From positions 34,106-98,105 of the forward strand of contig JAQGDQ010000771.1 in assembly GCA_030141605.1 (NCBI GenBank): a stretch of DNA of 64,000 nt, in the 5' to 3' direction. The translations under genes were made by a program, and so were the position numbers. The notes below the pieces were generated by a model. The model worked only from the letters and a program-made list of their open reading frames with translations, made no database searches and was not told the DNA's origin. Shown piece by piece: positions 13,106 through 27,041 of the stretch (position 1 is the stretch's first letter; each line of letters begins with the position of its first letter). Source of the stretch: Tubiluchus corallicola. Lineage: Eukaryota > Animalia > Priapulida.

Positions 13106-14029
13106 TTATTGGCTCTGCAACATTTGAGCTTCAAGCAAGAGATACTCTCCATAATAATAGCATGATGACTCAGTCAGTAATCAATACTGAGCACACAAGA
13201 GAAACCTTTGCACTCATAGTATCCAGTCTATTCTGTCTACCCTTTTCTACATTTCACATCAGTTTAACGCATACATGTCATTTAAACAAAATTAATTTTT
13301 GTATGAATTTTAAACTAATTAATTAATATGCAATTAAAAACTATAAATTACGTTTTTGCAGTATTTCGATTCACAACACGTTTTTAAAAATACTTTGTTG
13401 AAATAGATGATTAAAAACAGTTACAAGAACATAATATGAAGAAAATACAGCATCTACTTATCCGAGAATTTTGAATGTATTTACCTATATTATGATACAT
13501 TCAGTATTAGTTCTTATACAGGATTTTGAGATAAGTTTTTAGGTACTACTCACAAAAATTTGAAGTCAATCATTTGTCTAATTTTCGAGCCAGTAGTTTT
13601 CAAAATTAATTTTAAAAGTTAATGTTTATTTTTATAAGATTTAAGAAAATTATTTTATAATTTCAATTTTATTTTTTGAGCTTTCGGAGTCATAAAACAT
13701 CGACAGGATAATGAAAGTCACGCATGAAATTGTACAAGTGACTGTAGTGCATAACACGCGTTACATAATTACACGTACATGGCTGCACTATTGCAGGTGT
13801 GAGGTCAAGTAACAAGACACTTTTTGCCACAATACCTGAATGTATTCGTGCGAAATAAACTTGAATTGAACTTCACAAAACTTTTCAAATTCGTAGAAAT
13901 ACCATTGATATATGATATCACTAATACATAAAATATACTAAATATTTACCAGTACTGATTAAAGTTTCTTGATTCTGTGCGTTCTCTACGACAAAGATAC
14001 AATTTGTTCTACATAAAAAACACTAGCTA

Positions 14030-15765
14030 AATTCTATAGCTAGTGTACAGCAAGTACAAGATAAGAACGTCACAATGTAAGTACTATAGCCAGTGTACAG
14101 CAAGGACATCACAATCTAAATACTATAGCTAGTGTACAGCAAGTACAACGCAAGAACGTCACAATGTAAATACTATAGCTAGTGTACAGCAAGGACAATC
14201 ACAAGAACGTCACAATGTAAATACTATAGCTACTGTACAGCAAGTACAACGCGAGAACATCACAATGTACATACTATAGCTAGTGTACAGCAAGTACAAC
14301 GCAAGAACGTCACAATGTAAATACTATAGCTACTGTACAGCAAGTACAACACAAGAACGTCACAATGTAAATACTATAGCTACTGTACAGCAAGTACAAC
14401 ACAAGAACGTCACAATGTAAATACTATAGCTACTGTACAGCAAGTACAACACAAGAACGTCACAATGTAAATACTATAGCTAGTGTACAGCAAGTACAAC
14501 ACAAGAACGTCACAATGTAATTACTATAGCTACTGTACAGCAAGTACAACACAAGAACGTCACAATGTAAATACTATAGCTAGTGTACAGCAAGTACAAC
14601 ACAAGAACGTCACAATGTAATTACTATAGCTAGTGTACAGCAAGTACAACACAAGAACGTCACAATGTAAATACTATAGCTAGTGTACAGCAAGTACAAC
14701 ACAAGAACGTCACAATGTAAATACTATAGCTAGTGTACAGCAAGTACAAGATAAGAACGTCACAATGTAAATACTATAGCTAGTGTACAGCAAGTACAAC
14801 ACAAGAACGTCACAATGTAAATACTATAGCTAGTGTACAGCAAGTAAAACACAAGAACGTCACAATGTAATTACTATAGCTAGTGTACAGCAAGTACAAC
14901 ACAAGAACGTCACAATCTAAATACTATAGCTAGTGTACAGCAAGGACAATCACAAGAACGTCACAATGTAAATACTATAGCTACTGTACAGCAAGTACAA
15001 CGCGAGAACGTCACAATCTAAATACTATAGCTAGTGTACAGCAAGGACAATCACAAGAACGTCACAATGTACATACTATAGCTACTGTACAGCAAGTACA
15101 ACACAAGAACGTCACAATGTACATACTATAGCTAGTGTACAGCAAGTACAATCACAAGAACGTCACAATGTAAATACTATAGCTAGTGTACAGCAAGTAC
15201 AACACAAGAACGTCACAATGTAAATACTATAGCTAGTGTACAGCAAGTACAACACAAGAACGTCACAATGTAAATACTATAGCTAGTGTACAGCAAGTAC
15301 AACGCAAGACGTCACAATGTAAATACTATAGCTAGTGTACAGCAAGTACAACACAAGAACGTCACAATGTAAATACTATAGCTAGTGTACAGCAAGTACA
15401 ACGCAAGACGTCACAATGTAAATACTATAGCTAGTGTACAGCAAGTACAACGCAAGAACGTCACAATGTACATACTATAGCTAGTGTACAGCAAGTACAA
15501 CGCAAGAACGTCACAATGTAAATACTATAGCTAGTGTACAGCAAGTACAACACAAGAACGTCACAATGTAGATACTATAGCTAGTGTACAGCAAGTACAA
15601 TACAAAAAGGTCACAATATAAATACTATAGATAGTGTACAGCAAGTACAATACAAGAACGTCACAATGTAAATACTATAGCTAGTGTACAGCAAGTACAA
15701 CGCAAGAACGTCACAATGTAAATACTATAGCCAGTGTACAGCAAGTAAAACACGAGAACGTCACT
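14030..15765. repeat. 50-bp minisatellite (aatactatagctagtgtacagcaagtacaacacaagaacgtcacaatgta), about 34 copies
   Basis: Head-to-tail units with point variants. Confidence 0.98.
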
Positions 15766-16298
15766 CTAACCCCATTTCAGTTCACATTAATCACAGTATA
15801 ATTTTCCCATGACAGTACAAACTACTATAACGACGTGTACGCGTATTATGCTCATTATTTACAAAGATAAGATCAGCAAGCATTGTGTGTTGGAGAAAAA
15901 CCGGATGAAAAACAGCCGCCATTATAGCTGTGCTTGATGAGGCTTGCAACTCGCAGAGGTAATACAAATGTACAGTAAATATCATCTCTCGCTGGTCTGA
16001 TTACAAGTTTGATTTTCAAAAAATTTCTGCTTTACAAAATTACAGGGCGCGCGGGACGCTAGACGTCTGGGATGAGATGATTTTACGATAACCCTTTGAC
16101 TCGACTAATGATTAATTGAACTGGCGAACTAACGATCAGAAATTTCATTTTACCCAGCAACGATGCGAAACAATTTTTCACTCACTATTAAGATTAATCA
16201 TAAATATAACACGAAATGTTATCATTCGATTCGATTATCGACACTAAACTAATCAAATGCAAATTTTTGACTAGGTAGCAATTATTGTACGCAAAGGT

Positions 16299-16755
16299 AA
16301 AAGTTGATTAATTGCATTATTAACCCAAAGTGTTTTTATCATTTCATAACAATTTTGGCCTGTATTTCACATAAAATCTAAATGCAATTTTTAGTTTAAT
16401 CAAGATTGACCTTATTTTGTTGCCCGCTAATTAAATTACATGCATATTCTTTTCTCTGGATTATATAGAAATGTCATAATTTTAAAAATTACTAATGTTT
16501 CCTAAATTAAACTGATAACATTAATGCCCACCAGTATCTAAAAAATCTTTTCATCTATATTCGGTAAAGGATAGCAGACTAGGTGACTTTATAGTCTTTT
16601 CGCTATCCTTTCTCTAGTTCTAGATCTATCTATTCATTTTAACCAATCTTGAAAACTTATTAGAGATTCTTTTATTAATCATGTTTTATTGTAACACTAT
16701 AAAGAGATAAATAAATTGAAATTGAATTGAAAAAAATTGAAATGAATTGAATTGC
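16299..16755 (+). mobile_element. CR1-type LINE 3'-UTR remnant, copy A
   Basis: Hairpin aaggatagc-agactaggtgac-tttata-gtcttttc-gctatcctt, then AATAAA and (ATTGA)-like tail. Confidence 0.7.
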
Positions 16756-16790
16756 AAGTCACTCATTTGTAAGTTGCTCAATCAGTGGGC

Positions 16791-16832
<42 letters not shown>

Positions 16833-16989
16833 GACGTCAGTTTCTGAAATTTAAATACCGAAACGGTAGTTGAGCGTACGCACACTAGTTACACTAAACT
16901 GTGCAGTAAACCACCATGATAAATTAGACTTGATTAATTCACAAAAGATCACAGCACAATGTGAACTTTATTTTTACATCATCAGCATC

Positions 16990-17107
16990 ACCATACGCCC
17001 ATTACGTCACCTGTAGACATTTGGGCAGGCAAAATTCTAATAAAAAGAAATCTGCTCTCAAGACAGGCAAACACAGCAGTAATTCAGGAAAAAACTAGAC
17101 ACTGCTT
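16990..17107 (+). repeat. About 115-bp diverged inverted repeat, left arm (right arm 18546-18660)
   Basis: gggcaggcaaaatt...aaatctgctctcaagacagg...aaaaactagacactgct is the reverse complement of agcagtgtctagtttttt...cctgtcttgagagcagattt...aattctgcctgccc. Confidence 0.88.
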
Positions 17108-17399
17108 TGAAAGTAGCTTATCAGCACCACTTCCGAGCTTTTATTTATGCAGTTCAATTCAAACTTTATACCAAAATGCAACATAAAAGCGAGAGGGGGT
17201 ATTTATACAACGTCTCACTGCAATAAGCTCATACATCCACGCTAAAAACAGAAACATTTTAAAAATCAGAAAAAAAACAAGTACAAACTTCCTCAACCCA
17301 CAAGTCTACAATAAAGTTATTCGCAATCACTTGCAAAGTGCCGACAAATTAACTTTAGTCAACTACGTACCAACCGGGTGTTTATTTTCACACCTGTAA

Positions 17400-17660
17400 T
17401 TACTTACTCGACAAGTGGTCTTACGGGAAGCGGGATCTACAGGAAGTCGATCTGCATCCGGGATTTGTTTCGGCACCGATAAGGCAAAGCAAGGCTCGTT
17501 CACATTACGAGTGTTTAGACACTGATTTTAAACGCACTTACGATCTTCTGAAAACAAAATCGCACGCGAAGATGAGTGTCAGCAGCAAGGCAGACAGCAG
17601 TGTTGCTACAGGGCGTACAGATTACAACTGGACGGAGCAGCGTATTCCCAGTAAGTTGAA
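17400..17660. promoter_or_regulatory. Possible promoter / first-exon region
   Basis: CpG-enriched, GGAAG ETS-like motifs, GTAAGT donors on minus (17402-07, 17536-41) and plus (17651-56); plus-strand ATG 17572 open to the donor (MSVSSKADSSVATGRTDYNWTEQRIP). Confidence 0.3.
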
Positions 17661-17819
17661 CAAACTACGCAGTTCCAAAAGCCTCGAGGCAAATCGACTA
17701 AAGATTCTGCACATAGTGACCATTGTTAAACCGCTGAAGACCAAAGCTTACTACTATTGGTTACACAAAGGATGTTACAGCCATATTAACAATGAAAATA
17801 TTGCTTGAAATCAACAATG

Positions 17820-18255
17820 AAAAGTTGATTAATTGCATTATTAACCCAAAGTGTTTTTATCATTTCATAACAATTTTGGCACATAAAATCTAAATGCTAT
17901 TTTTAGTTTAATCAAGATTGACCTTATTTTGTTGCCCGCTAATTAAAGTACGTGTATTTCTTTACTCAGGATTACTTAATTACTTTATATAGCAAATGTC
18001 ATAATTTTAAAATTATTAATGTTTCCTAAATTAAACTGATAACATTAATGCCCACCAGTGTCTAAAAAATCTTTTTATCTATATTCGGTAAGGATAGCAG
18101 ACTTAGTGACTTTATAGTCTTTTCGCTATCCTTTCTCTAGTTCTAGATCTATCCATACATTTAACCATTCTTCAAAACTTATTAGTGATTCTTTTATTAA
18201 TCATGTTTTATTGTAGTATTATAAAGAGATAAATAAATTAAAATAGAGTTGAAAA
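17820..18255 (+). mobile_element. CR1-type LINE 3'-UTR remnant, copy A' (duplicate of 16299-16734)
   Basis: Colinear, highly similar, same 5' boundary aaaagttgattaattgcattattaacccaaag. Confidence 0.85.
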
Positions 18256-18545
18256 GATTTATCGTCAGTTGCAATACAGGTTGATGAAAGCAGATGTTCT
18301 CTGGTAAACACAGGATGACATTATGCGTGATAACAAATCACTTGCAATATGAATTCGCATGACTTACAAATTAAAATGTTGTAATGTCTCAGTCCCAGGA
18401 CAAAAGGTTTTTAATACATCAGTCATTTAGCAACACAATTCGCTGCAAACTTTAAAAGATTAGAGGATCACGAAGAGCACCCATATTACCACTTCCTGAA
18501 ACGCCGTCAGTTTCAAACGGAAATGGTGCTGACAAGCCACTGGCG

Positions 18546-18660
18546 TAGCAGTGTCTAGTTTTTTGCTGGATTACTGCTGCGTTTACCTGTCTTGAGAGCA
18601 GATTTCTGTTTTAAAATTCTGCCTGCCCAATGTTTACAATTGACGTAACGGGCTTATGAT
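18546..18660 (-). repeat. Inverted repeat, right arm, abutting (GAT)n
   Basis: Reverse complement of 16990-17107. Confidence 0.88.
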
Positions 18661-19269
18661 GATGATGATGGTGATGATGATGATGATAACGATGATGATT
18701 TTAATAACATTTGATAGGTGAAACTTTATGTGGTTGTAAACAAGTAATTGGAAGTTAGAAAGGTATTTCAATTGCGATATTTTAATTGAGTTTAAAATGA
18801 AGTTAAATAATTCAAGACACTTAAATTCATTCCATCACTACGATAGCCTTGTGCAATTATTCTTACTGCTGCAGCCTGATCATTGCTGCATCCTAATAAA
18901 CTTGTGATTGTCGACAAAAACGTCATGGTTATTTAAAGATACCAGTTAAAAAAGTTTTAATATGGATTTTAGTGCATATCAGTAGCTTAGGTCTACTAAG
19001 TGTTTTTTATCTCCTGTCTCTTGTTATGTAACTTTGAGGTAAGATAAACTAAAATAATTTATATGTATCCAGATTCTTCTCTTAAAACTATATGTAACAT
19101 CACGTTGCTAAATACATCACGCTTAATTTGTTTTAGTGTTGAGCACCATACGGCCGCAAGGCAGAGAGTTCATTCTAAATTTTACATTAAAGAGAAAACA
19201 TTGATGATTTTAATAGTCTTGATAATCACCTCAGCATGCTGTCATCTATTATATTAATATTCTTGGTAT

Positions 19270-19600
19270 ATATATTTATATATATATAAGATTCGAGGCT
19301 ACAGCCCGGACGAGGGCACCATTTGTGACGATCTATACATCAAACGAAAGGTCTCGTTCTAGTGTCGTCTCATTGATGGTTTATTTTTCGAATCGGGCCC
19401 ACCGGAAGGAACGGGGGGCAAAAAACCTCCAAAATGGCCATTTTTCGGCCGTTTTTTGCAAAAGTTATACGGCTGAGATGTAGAGAACGGGAACGGGCCG
19501 AGGGTGGCGCTGGGTATGGATCTGGCATTAAACTTGTGCATGTACCCGATTCCAAACTATAATGAATATCGGGACTGAAACGACTAAATGTGATCACGTT
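19270..19600. mobile_element. Unclassified GC-richer transposon fragment following (TA)n
   Basis: Abrupt CpG-rich block in AT-rich context; no second end found. Confidence 0.3.
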
Positions 19601-21714
19601 CTAATAACAAAAACTATCGCTTATGCGGAAAGACAGTTATTAACCACATGCTATCATGTCCTTAGCGCAAATAATTTTTATGCTTTTTGCTCTATAAAAC
19701 AATTGCACATATGTAAACACTCCACACTATCATTAATGACAGTAACCTCTGCTTCGTGTAACCTATAAAACAACCGGGAACAAAGGGTTAATAGGACCAA
19801 TGTTATCAGTTGAACTCAGCATGGCCCGATTCTATGCCACATATAAATTCTTGGCAAATATAACGTTACTAAATAAATATTTAAAACGGTAATTTTAGCA
19901 TCATAACGGCTTACATCACAATACAAACAGTAAACAATATGTGTTTATTTCTCCGCTGCACACGATGAGTTCTCTGAAGTGGCAACGTATCACGTTTAAA
20001 GCTCACAAGTGTACCCAGACGATGTTTTTGTGAAAGGGTTACTGAAAGGGTTTATGGGAAAGTTTCATACCCTACTCCACATAGGTCAAACTTGGACATT
20101 CTGGTTGTCCAGTTTTATCGTCCTTCGCAGGAATGGTCTGCTCTCTTGATTTATCATTTAATTTTGAACAAATGTATATTCTTATTTTTCATTTTGTATA
20201 ATTGTCTCTTTATTTTCATTTTCATTATGTCATCAACTTTCACCCATCATTATTCATTCTCATCCTCACTTGTTCACATCCTTTCCTTTCATTTTTATTC
20301 AAACGTAAATAGGCCGGTTACTCGAAATTTCACAGTCAGGGCATTTTCATAAACTTGGCTTCCTTAATACCCTGCAACACAAATCATTTAAATTGGGCCG
20401 TCTAATCATTTTTTCTCAAGATTTGCTTCTTACTGGGTATCTTAGTGTTTGCTAACCACTGAATTATTGTTTGTTTTTTAATGTATTTATTTATTGTATT
20501 TGTGTGACGTAACACAAACAATCTTGAATCTTGAATAATCTAAACTTCTGACGAGTAACACCAAAATGTGAAATGAAAACATATATGAAAAGAGTAAAGT
20601 GCTATCTTATGATAGTAGTCTATGAAAGAAAACATTGAAAATAAAATAAAGTTGTGAAAGAAAATAAACTTGACAATGACAACAGAGAAAACTGGCATTA
20701 TTTGGGCCCTTTCCTTCCATACTAACTACAACCTCCGTGAAGACTTGTGGGTGGTACAAAATACTATCCGTACAACAATGGTTACTCATAAACCCTAGCC
20801 AAAGTTAAGAATCCACTCTGCAAGAGACCTTCTGTTCAGAATGTCTGGTCCTCCCACTCCCAAGCCCATTATCAAATTCACTGAAAAGCCACGAACAAGT
20901 TAGAAGCGTTAAATGCACATCCGGTCATTTGCATTCACAGCTAATAAGCAGGTAAACTAAGGTAAGACGTTCCTTGCGACGTCTGAAGGAGGAGAAAAGA
21001 CTCGACTGTCAAACAACCACAAGATTGACAACTTCAACTTGGGACGCACTAGTTCAGCTAAGAACAGCAAATCTATTCTGAATTAAGGGCTACCACCCAA
21101 GTGTGATTATTAATCCAAGAATGCAAACTTTTGAGCATCCTAGCAACTGAATCCTTTAGTCTAATAAAAGATTCAAATGGCGAAGACGGATAAAATCAGC
21201 AAATTTTCTGAAAAAAATCGTTTTTCCCACAGGCAGCAAAACATTCGATAGTCAGTAAAATGGTTATTCGATAGCAGCAGAATTTACCAACTACTTAACG
21301 CTAACAGACTCACACTGTCACAAGCAGGTATAAAACACAGTTCTCACAATAACGTTCAAAGCAATGAATAGTTTTACGCACAACCTCCCCCCGGGTAGGC
21401 AGCCATTTTGCACAGACACGCTGGAAATTGAATACCTGTCCATAAATGGGAAAACAATGAGTTGCTGCTACCCCCGGGGGCAGGATAGGAAATCGTCATT
21501 GGATGTGACAAGGGAAATCGCACGCTGAAATTTTAATTAACAACAGCGTGTCCGCAACAGAATTTGATGTGCAAAAACTTGCAATGGTCGACTTACATAA
21601 TGAGCAGCTGTTAATAAGTTCCTTGATCTATGTCTGTCTCCCAAACATACAAAAGGCAAGGTGCCAGAACTACATGGCTGAAGTTTAAAAACAAATGTTG
21701 AAGCTAAAACAAGT

Positions 21715-21975
21715 AACGTTCACACAAACCGCACTAAAAAGAGAGACATATGCACAAACTGCACTAAAACGAGAGACATATGCACAAACCGCACTAAAAC
21801 GAGAAATATATGCACAAACTGCACTAAAACGAGAGACATATGCACAAACCGCACTAAAACGAGAAATATATGCACAAACTGCACTAAAACGAGAAATATA
21901 TGCACAAACCGCACTAAAACGAGAAATATATGCACAAACTGCACTAAAACAAGAAATATGTGCACAAACCGCACA
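21715..21975. repeat. 30-bp minisatellite (tgcacaaacYgcactaaaacgagaRaYata), about 8.5 copies
   Basis: Tandem units alternating aaacc/aaact (60-bp higher order); flanked by 56-bp direct repeats. Confidence 0.95.
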
Positions 21976-22129
21976 CCTCATTGAAGGCGTATGTATGTTA
22001 CAGTGTCTGTCTCTCAAACTTACAAAACACAAGGTGCCACAGCTACATGGCTGAAGTTTTCTAAGAGAATGACCTGATTTATATCAAATGATTAAATACA
22101 AAAATTGTCTGTAAACAAAGATTCACTTA

Positions 22130-22260
22130 ATACAATTCAATTCATTTATTAACTCCTCAAGAATTAACAAAATACAGTATTAGGAATACATGCAATTATG
22201 TAACAAAGGAGAAGGGCAGCGAAGAACCCGGAGGTTATCTAGTCAGCCAACCTTAAATAG
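22130..22260 (-). mobile_element. CR1-type 3' end remnant
   Basis: Minus strand: aaggttggc-tgactagataacc-tccg-ggttcttc-gctgccctt, then AATAAA and TGAAT-type tail. Confidence 0.65.
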
Positions 22261-24119
22261 CAACGATTAAGTAAAATTAATTTTGGCACCGTTTTCAATT
22301 TAAATTTGAATTCTGTTGACGATGCTGTAACGATGTTAAAAACTAACCCAGCATGCTTTCTTTTCTGTTCAATGGATGGTGCCACATGCATTGCACAACA
22401 TTGAAACTACTACGAATACTATGAATTGAGAAAGTGATGTTGGATTACGTTTATAAATAATAATTCAACTTTTCAATAGTCTTACAGCTGAAGTATTCCA
22501 TATTAATTACCAGCACAGATACAGTCATAATATTGTACAGTCAGGCATGATTTAAAATAATACAGAACCTTTAGTATTTCACACAAGGTTTACAGTACTT
22601 ACTAAAATATAAAAATAATTCAAAAAAGATTTCTCTCTTGCTGTGACAGAAAGACCTGCAAGAGAAGTTTGCAAATTTCACGCTAAGCCACCATTTTATT
22701 ACTTCTCAACAATTTCACTGCTGGTTATGACTAATGAGTCAACCAGACACTCATCCAGCTGCAGTTCAACATTTACTTGATTAAATTCACAATGTTATTG
22801 TTATAACGTTTATTAGTCATGAGTGATGTACATGAGGTATGTATCCAAAGTTGTCTGTTATTTGTAAATGCACATACATCTAAATAAAATCTTGTTTATT
22901 TAAGCCACGTTCGTTACAGCAAAACTGGAGACAATTAAATATTCTTTTTCAATCGGTATCTTCAATCAATTATACTCAATTTTTGTACTTAACAGGTATA
23001 TGTTAGTGAATATTGCTAATAATTGTAATTTCATACGTCACACGGTGCACAGCTATTAACATTTATGCACTTTAGAGAAGGGTGGCTTCACCGAGACTGC
23101 CTGTAGTTATAAAGTCACCCTCACACATCATCGTTATCGCTGTACATTATACGTTTTCATTTACATATGTTCTTATATCTTATTCTTACTTTCCTCGACA
23201 TTTACAACACAGAATTAGTGTAAACGGACGTAAACATTCAGTGTAGAACAAACACCTCCAATATACTGCTTCTTTACGATAAGTACAAGTTGTATTTAAA
23301 GAGCATAAACTATACTTTAAATGGGAACAAATTGCACTCAGTGCAAGCATATAAGGACACGCATATATTTATTATTATTGTTATTATTATCGTTATTTTA
23401 AATTTATTTCATACATTTAAAGTACATAGCATTACATATAACTTTAAAAAATTGAAAGAACACTCAACTCTACTATAAAATTACGATAGAAACTAATAAC
23501 ATACTTACATATATACACACCCAGACATAAAACATAAAATAGATCACTAAAAAATACAATATACAGAGGCATAAAACCCAACAGAGGTCACCTTTAAAAT
23601 GGTAAAAGACGTTGATTTTATAATGCAAAACATAACGCAGCCCAGTTCTTACACGTATAATGCAAATTTTACGATGACAAACGCATTTCCTACCTGGAAA
23701 ATTATTCCAAATCCATGGAAGCCTAGCCTCCTTTGTTTTCAAAGCTTTCTCAGGTTAACATTAACTGAGTCGAACAGTCAATACAAAGTGTCGGGCAAAT
23801 GTAGCAAAATCGTTTACGTTCAACACAAAGACTATTCCGTAATAAAATCCTAAGCCGGCGTAACTTGCTACGACTAGCCACCACGGCACCCAGCTCTACA
23901 CTGTAAATGGATTAAACATGCAGAGAGAAACGCCCGAGTGCGCAAGCTTGCAAGCTCGACATCACGAAAGAGGGAAGTGCGCCTCCGAGAGCGAGTGATG
24001 TACACATTCACAATGCTGATAAACGACGCCTGAATATTAATTAAATGCAAGTTAATTCTAAACTTCGCTATTTTACTTCGTTTTAATAAATGGAAAACTT
24101 TGTCAGATTTTCCCACGAA

Positions 24120-24250
24120 AGTTCATTCGATTCAATTTTATTTTCTCAATAGCAGTTAAAATTCGACATAATTATTTTTACATTTCATTGCAACTGAGAA
24201 GGAGCGGCGAAAGACCTATTGGTCACTTGGTCAGCTGCCTCTTATTAAAA
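24120..24250 (-). mobile_element. CR1-type 3' end remnant
   Basis: Minus strand: aagaggcagc-tgaccaagtgacc-aata-ggtctttc-gccgctcctt, then AATAAA and ttgaatcgaatgaa tail. Confidence 0.65.
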
Positions 24251-24609
24251 ATACAAGTTAAGAACACACGTGAAACCAATAGACAAAAGCAAAACTACTA
24301 TTAGATCTGCTATGCGGGTAAAAGAATAATGGACACTATAAAATGCGTACCAAATTTTAAAACTTCGTCTCGGGCACTGTCATTTTCTCTGTAATTTTAG
24401 ACTTCTGTATAAATATTGCTACAGTACAGGTTGCGTAACTTTTCCCTTTCAGACACCATATAATACGTGTGTTCCACATATTTCTTTCAACATACCAAGG
24501 GAAAATTTAAAATTTGGCACTAACATTGCGATGTTGTGTAAAACGAAAGCACAACAACGTGCGTAACTTCACCTCTGAATGACCTACAGTTCGGAGATAC
24601 GGTACAATA

Positions 24610-24745
24610 GTACAGTGCTAGAATTATACATACATAATAGTAGTGACGGAGTACAACTATACATACATAATAGTAGTGACGGAGTAGAATTATACATACA
24701 TAATAGTAGTGACGGAGTACAATTATATATACATTATAGTAGTGA
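24610..24745. repeat. About 36-bp minisatellite, about 4 copies
   Basis: aattatacatacataatagtagtgacggagtac repeated. Confidence 0.9.
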
Positions 24746-25036
24746 GTGACTGAGCGGTACATTTGCTTCTAACCGGAATGACTCCTAAATGTAATTCAAA
24801 TCCCTTAGCTGTGTTATCAACACCCATGATCGGAACACTAGCTAAAATCTTTTTAACATTGTTATTTTTACAACCACTAGAATCGGACAGTGGGTTATAA
24901 CACGCAAAAAGGTCACAATTCATTTTAGGTAGGCCTGGGTTATTTGTTCGTTCATTCATGTACCTTTTCCCTTGGACTTTTCCTGTGACTTTTTTACGTA
25001 TGACTTTTTTACCTGGATTCACTAACACTATCCAAC

Positions 25037-25096
25037 AATCTATCTATCTATCTATATATATATATATATGCGCACGCGTGTGTGTGTGCGTGCATG

Positions 25097-25192
<96 letters not shown>
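25037..25192. repeat. (ATCT)n/(TA)n/(TG)n microsatellite
   Basis: Directly visible. Confidence 0.98.
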
Positions 25193-25195
<3 letters not shown>

Positions 25196-26578
25196 AATCT
25201 TATCATTGTAACTCACATATAGTTAGTTGCAAGCACGTTGGGTCATGAACATAAGATATAGGTCAGTTATAAAAGTGTCCTGGCTGCACTTTATTATCCT
25301 AACAGAAAGACAAGACAATATCATTTAATATCATTACTATATAATAACTTGTCTAACATTAATATTGCCTAAAATCGTGGACGGGCAACAGTAGTAAAAA
25401 TGTGGGTCATTTTAACGCGAAATCGCTAATTATTCCTGACTAACTTCTTTGCCTTACCAAAACAAAATGCAAATGGCAATTCACTACTGCACATCAATTT
25501 AGACAAACGCGTTATAAATGATTGTAAATATTATATACTTTAACAGCCATCAGATTCAATCCTGCAACTTTCGACCAACAATTTAACCTTCGGAGTGCAT
25601 TCACCTACCTTTAAAGTTTACCTGCTCTAACCGCAGCCACACAGCTGACAGGTAGCAATCAAGAAAGAATCCAAACACAGTCTTTGACAGGACAGTTATT
25701 ATTCGAAATTTGATTTTGCCTTAAGCAGTTTCCAATTTATTATCATGTAAAAAGTCCTGATTTCTTAACGCAAGTTCTCTTTGCAAACTATGCTGCGGTA
25801 TACTCACTTCAAACTATGGATCTATGGATACTACACAAATGTAAGCATTGCTCTATTAGCAATTCGGGAGTTTGGGTAGTTTCACCTTGGCTTGCCACTA
25901 AGCTATAGTCTATGATAATTTCTTCCAAAGCAATTTGACTCTAAAATGCAATTGGCAAATTGCATTAAACCACTAAAAAGCCACTGATTTAACTTTTACA
26001 CAGGCACAAAGCTACGTCAAGCAACTACAGATGGTATAAAACATAAATAAGACCACTTCTGCTTGATCATATACGTTGAGCGTGGTAAAACGTTGGGCGA
26101 TGTGCCTGTTACTGCATGCGGGCGCCATCTCTTAGCAACTAAGATAATAAAACCAATTATATCAGCCGACTTCCTTCAACAGGTAGCTATTACAGGTTCT
26201 AGTGTATGGAGTACTCTTAGCCAATTCAGAGGGGAAATTATCAATGATTTAAAGCAAAAGCCAAGTCTCTTAGGAAGTTACAGCAACAAAACTGTAATAA
26301 GCACTTCAGTTAATTAGTAAAATCAATTTAAAGTGGTGATCACTTCACACTTGGGAGTGCTAATTGTGAATGAAAAATGGACCGTGCAATATAAACACTC
26401 ATCCCGCCAGGTGTGTGAGCAAACTTCTTTTGCAGTTATGGTTACTACTGTCAACTATAAACAATCCAAAATGTTAAACGAAAGATAATTAATATTATTT
26501 TTTGCTTTGTATGAATCCTGTTACCCAACTCATTGTGTGGCATTTTCACATTTTTAGGTATAATCTTGTGGTCTAAAG

Positions 26579-27041
26579 CAGGGGTGTGCAAATTGCAGCC
26601 CGCCAAGAGAATTTGTCAACCTAGTGAAAATGCGGCCCGGGTGATTAATTGAGTGCATCCAGCTGATGTCCATGCCACGATCCCAAAGATAGTGCGGGTA
26701 GTTTTTTTCTACTAGATCGGATGCCATTAACCCTTACAAGACGGTTGTAGCTTAATGTTACTGTACTACACAGACTGTGTGATACACATTACTAATATGC
26801 ATTGTAATGAAATTACCACTATCTGTCCTGAAAGTAGAAATATATGGTTTGTAATATAAATTTTAATAACTTCTAAAATAGTTTCTTGGGTGTAGTAGTA
26901 ATGATGTACGCAGGTCGGATGCAAAAAAAATCGTTATTAGGCCTTTCTGTACTTGGCTCCTTGATCAAACTGCCTGTGGCCCACAGGAATTGCGGGAAAG
27001 TTTAATGTGGCCCGGCGAGTCAGATAATTTGCACACCCCTG
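26579..27041. mobile_element. Non-autonomous hAT (Charlie-like) MITE
   Basis: 16-bp perfect TIR caggggtgtgcaaatt / aatttgcacacccctg; perfect 8-bp TSD gtctaaag (26571-78, 27042-49); subterminal gcggcccg/tgtggccc motifs. Confidence 0.93.
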
